Source of the DNA: Sphyrna mokarran
Taxonomy: Eukaryota
Direction: 5' to 3'
Assembly (NCBI GenBank): GCA_024679065.1
Contig: JAGIQG010000006.1
Location: forward strand, 111,600,001 to 111,664,000
DNA length: 64,000 bases
Within the stretch, counting starts at the first letter, position 1. The number at the start of each line of letters is the position of its first letter. Below are positions 61,251-64,000 of the stretch, piece after piece. The translations under genes were made by a program, and so were the position numbers. Below the pieces are notes generated by a model, which did not search any database, was not told the origin of the DNA, and saw nothing but the letters and a program-made list of their open reading frames with translations.

Positions 61251-63104
61251 TGATTACTGCCTTTCGTTAAAGAAAGTGTTTGTTTCTATCCTTGATTATA
61301 CAAGCCTGGGTATAGCCAAACTCGAGGACTTGCTGAGAGCTTGAGCTGGAATTACAGAGCAGACAATTCAAAGCATTGAGAATGAATCTGTTCCACACAA
61401 AAAAAATGCTGAATTTTTTCTGCATGTGAAATATACAACACATCTTAATAGCTTATAAGTCTCTTTGCAGCACATTCAGTGTCAACCATGGAACTAAGAA
61501 GATAGCTAGGCCAGATGAGATAGAGTTGACTTGGAATATATCAATAAACCTGTTGGGTTTATAAAATAGCCCAAAAGATATTGCTCAATTTTTCTCTCGT
61601 GCCAGCCCAAAATTTAAATATACTTGTTGAATTCATCATACTCCATAATAGGATTTGAACCTTTAACTTTTGGGTTTGTTGTCTAGCTCCATAACCTCTA
61701 AGCATATTTACAGGATAGCTCTTCGCTCTCCCAGTGCAGCAATTGCGAAGAGATTGCTTGAAATAAGCAACCAAAGAAGTCAAAGTTGTAAAAAAAACAC
61801 TTAGTTCATCAAAACTGTATTAATATTGTGTTCATCAAAATTGTGGTGTAATGTTGTTTTCCGACCTCTGTGTTAAAATTCCATACCAGGATTGGTTATC
61901 ATGGAAGGAACGTTCTTTACTGGGCTGATTCTTTACTGAGAATCAATAAATCAGCCCAGTAATCCTTTCACCACTTCCTTACTATTCCCCAAGTAGAAAC
62001 AGGTGGTTTGTGAAGAAATGTAAAATGTACTCATAAGCCTATCTCTCTCAAATTCCATATAACATACAGTTTTAATGTAAAGGCTACATTTATTAACCTG
62101 TTTAGTATACTGTTACAAAAGTGTTAATAAAGAAACATGCCCTAATGCATGTGTTCTGATCTTATCCTCATATGATGTACAACTCTAATATATGCACAAA
62201 AAAATAGTCACATTAAAAAACAACAATAACACAGCAAGTTGTCCTGCTAGAGTCTTAGATGTTCTAACTAGATGATAGGATAAATTTTCAAGTGACTACT
62301 TCCAGTTTCAAGGTCTAAGTGGAAACAAATAGAAAGCTCCCAACTATTTTCATGCTCCAGCCTCAAAATATAGGAATGTAGGGAGAGGAAGTGACCATTT
62401 AGCTTCTTCAGTTTGTTCTGTCATTCAATGAGATCATGTCTGATCAGAATTTTAACACTGCCCACATATCTTGGCAATTACCGTAGAGTCAACAAACTGT
62501 TCATGCCTTTGGAGCAGTTTGGTTATCAGAGCAGCCATCTTGAAACCCAATCTTTATGTTGAAGTTAGGGAAAGCAATCCTGGGAGAGGCCATCGAAAGT
62601 TAGATATTGTGCAAGATCTTTCTGGGTATAGAAAAAGAATGTGTTTCCTTGATGCTCCAAAACTCTCTTAAATTTCTTAATGTAATAAAATTGTACGGTT
62701 TTCAAAAAGTCTTGCATAAAATACATTCTTATACTGAAGACTTCAAGAAAGCCATTTTTCTTTTTAAAAATCCTTCTGTCATGCTTTCCAGAAGCACTGG
62801 TTGCTCCATGTCAGGTACTAGCTTTCCAAATTTTGCCAGCTGCAAAACTTTTTTGACCTCCCAAAAATACTGAACGAACCCCAAGAAATATTCTTATTAA
62901 ACTGAAGAGTTAAAGCACAAAAAAATGATCATTAATGCACAACAAGTGAAAGTCTGCAAAAACAAACGGAAACGATGCTTCTATGTCTTATATGCACACA
63001 TTTATCATAATGAAAACAATCTGTTATTTAACAGCTACTTCCAAATCTCACCTTTCTTTTGTCATTTTGAGTGATAGCATCCACTCTCAAACATTTTGCC
63101 AGAC

Positions 63105-63475
63105 ACGTTCATCCTCACCCACCCTCATACTCACACTCATCTACTTTCCCCCACTCTTACCCTCATCCAATTTCATCCATTTTCTCTCACCCACCCTCAC
63201 TCACTCTTACTCTCACTCCCACTCACCCACCCTCACTGACTCTCCTCCACTCTTACTGTCACCTTCACTCACCCTCATCCATGCTTCCCCTCACCAACCT
63301 TCATCCTCACTCACCCTCACTCATTCTCCCTCATCCATCCTCCCCCTCATCCATACTCTTCCTCAACCACACTCACTCTCATCCTCACCCATCCTCACAC
63401 ATACTGACCCTCACCCAGGATCACACTCCTAAATACACCTTCACTCACTCTCTCACCCACACACCCTCTTCTTGG
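63105..63475 (+). repeat. (CTCA/CCCT)-rich low-complexity tract almost lacking G
   Basis: Repeated ctcac/ccctca/tcatcc units. Confidence 0.85.
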
Positions 63476-64000
63476 ACCACTGCAACTTCAACTCCTGTGG
63501 GGTCCTTGTGGCCTTGGCTCCTCCTGGAGCCTCCCCAGGTGGACGAACTATGGAACCCTTGACATTCCATAGAATCCAGCTTGGGAACCCATATTGGATA
63601 GTAATGGTAAAATTGTTCATTCATACTTCAAATTAGCATTGCGGTATTATTGATATCATTAGGACTCCAACATATGTAAGTTAATGATGCTCTGTCTGTT
63701 TCTGACTCTTGCCTGGACACCATATGCAAGCCTTAGCAGAATGATAGTGGCCTACATATTAGTATTAATGAAGGAGCATGAATTACACTGCATTTTCATG
63801 GAATTACTGCTTCATTTATATCCAGTATCTGTAAAGACAACAAAGGCAAAGTAATTTTAACAAACAAATGACATAGTTTGAAAGGCTGACCTCAGCGGAA
63901 AATCAGTAAAAATGAAAATGAAAAGTCCAAGTCGGTTGAGAGTCAGAATATTGATTCAGAAATACAGGGTAAGGCCTTCTGGCAGTTCACACCAGCAGGA

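Noticed and set aside
62983-63562. His/Pro/Ser/Leu-rich ORFs of 149 and 163 aa
   Set aside because: Result of a G-less low-complexity tract in which stop codons are rare.

Overview
Repeat-dominated eukaryotic DNA with no supportable host protein-coding exon, so a large intron or intergenic region. The repeat repertoire (HER1/CR1 LINEs with HE1-type V-SINEs, SacSINE1-like DeuSINEs, Rex1/Babar ends, Penelope-like elements) points to a cartilaginous fish, most likely a shark. Main contents: one young 5'-truncated CR1/HER1 LINE whose ORF2 (APE endonuclease + RT) is intact apart from one 1-nt frameshift (57782-60800, minus strand); older CR1 fragments; three decayed Gypsy LTR retrotransposons, all on the minus strand; several solo LTRs; a Harbinger transposase remnant and many short TIR elements; Penelope GIY-YIG remnants; about 25 SINE copies from four families. 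Most notable observations: (1) a ~150-nt piece of 28S rRNA inserted antisense into a Gypsy RT gene, replacing about 4 codons, with no tail or target-site duplication (TSD); (2) five head-to-head Penelope pLTR pairs with decayed hammerhead ribozymes, four with apparent TSDs; (3) a V-SINE whose tail carries the Rex1/Babar 3' stem-loop instead of the CR1 tail; (4) an 82-bp perfect palindrome inside an old CR1 copy. Family names come from recalled motifs, not database searches. Boundaries of decayed repeats are approximate (tens of bp).
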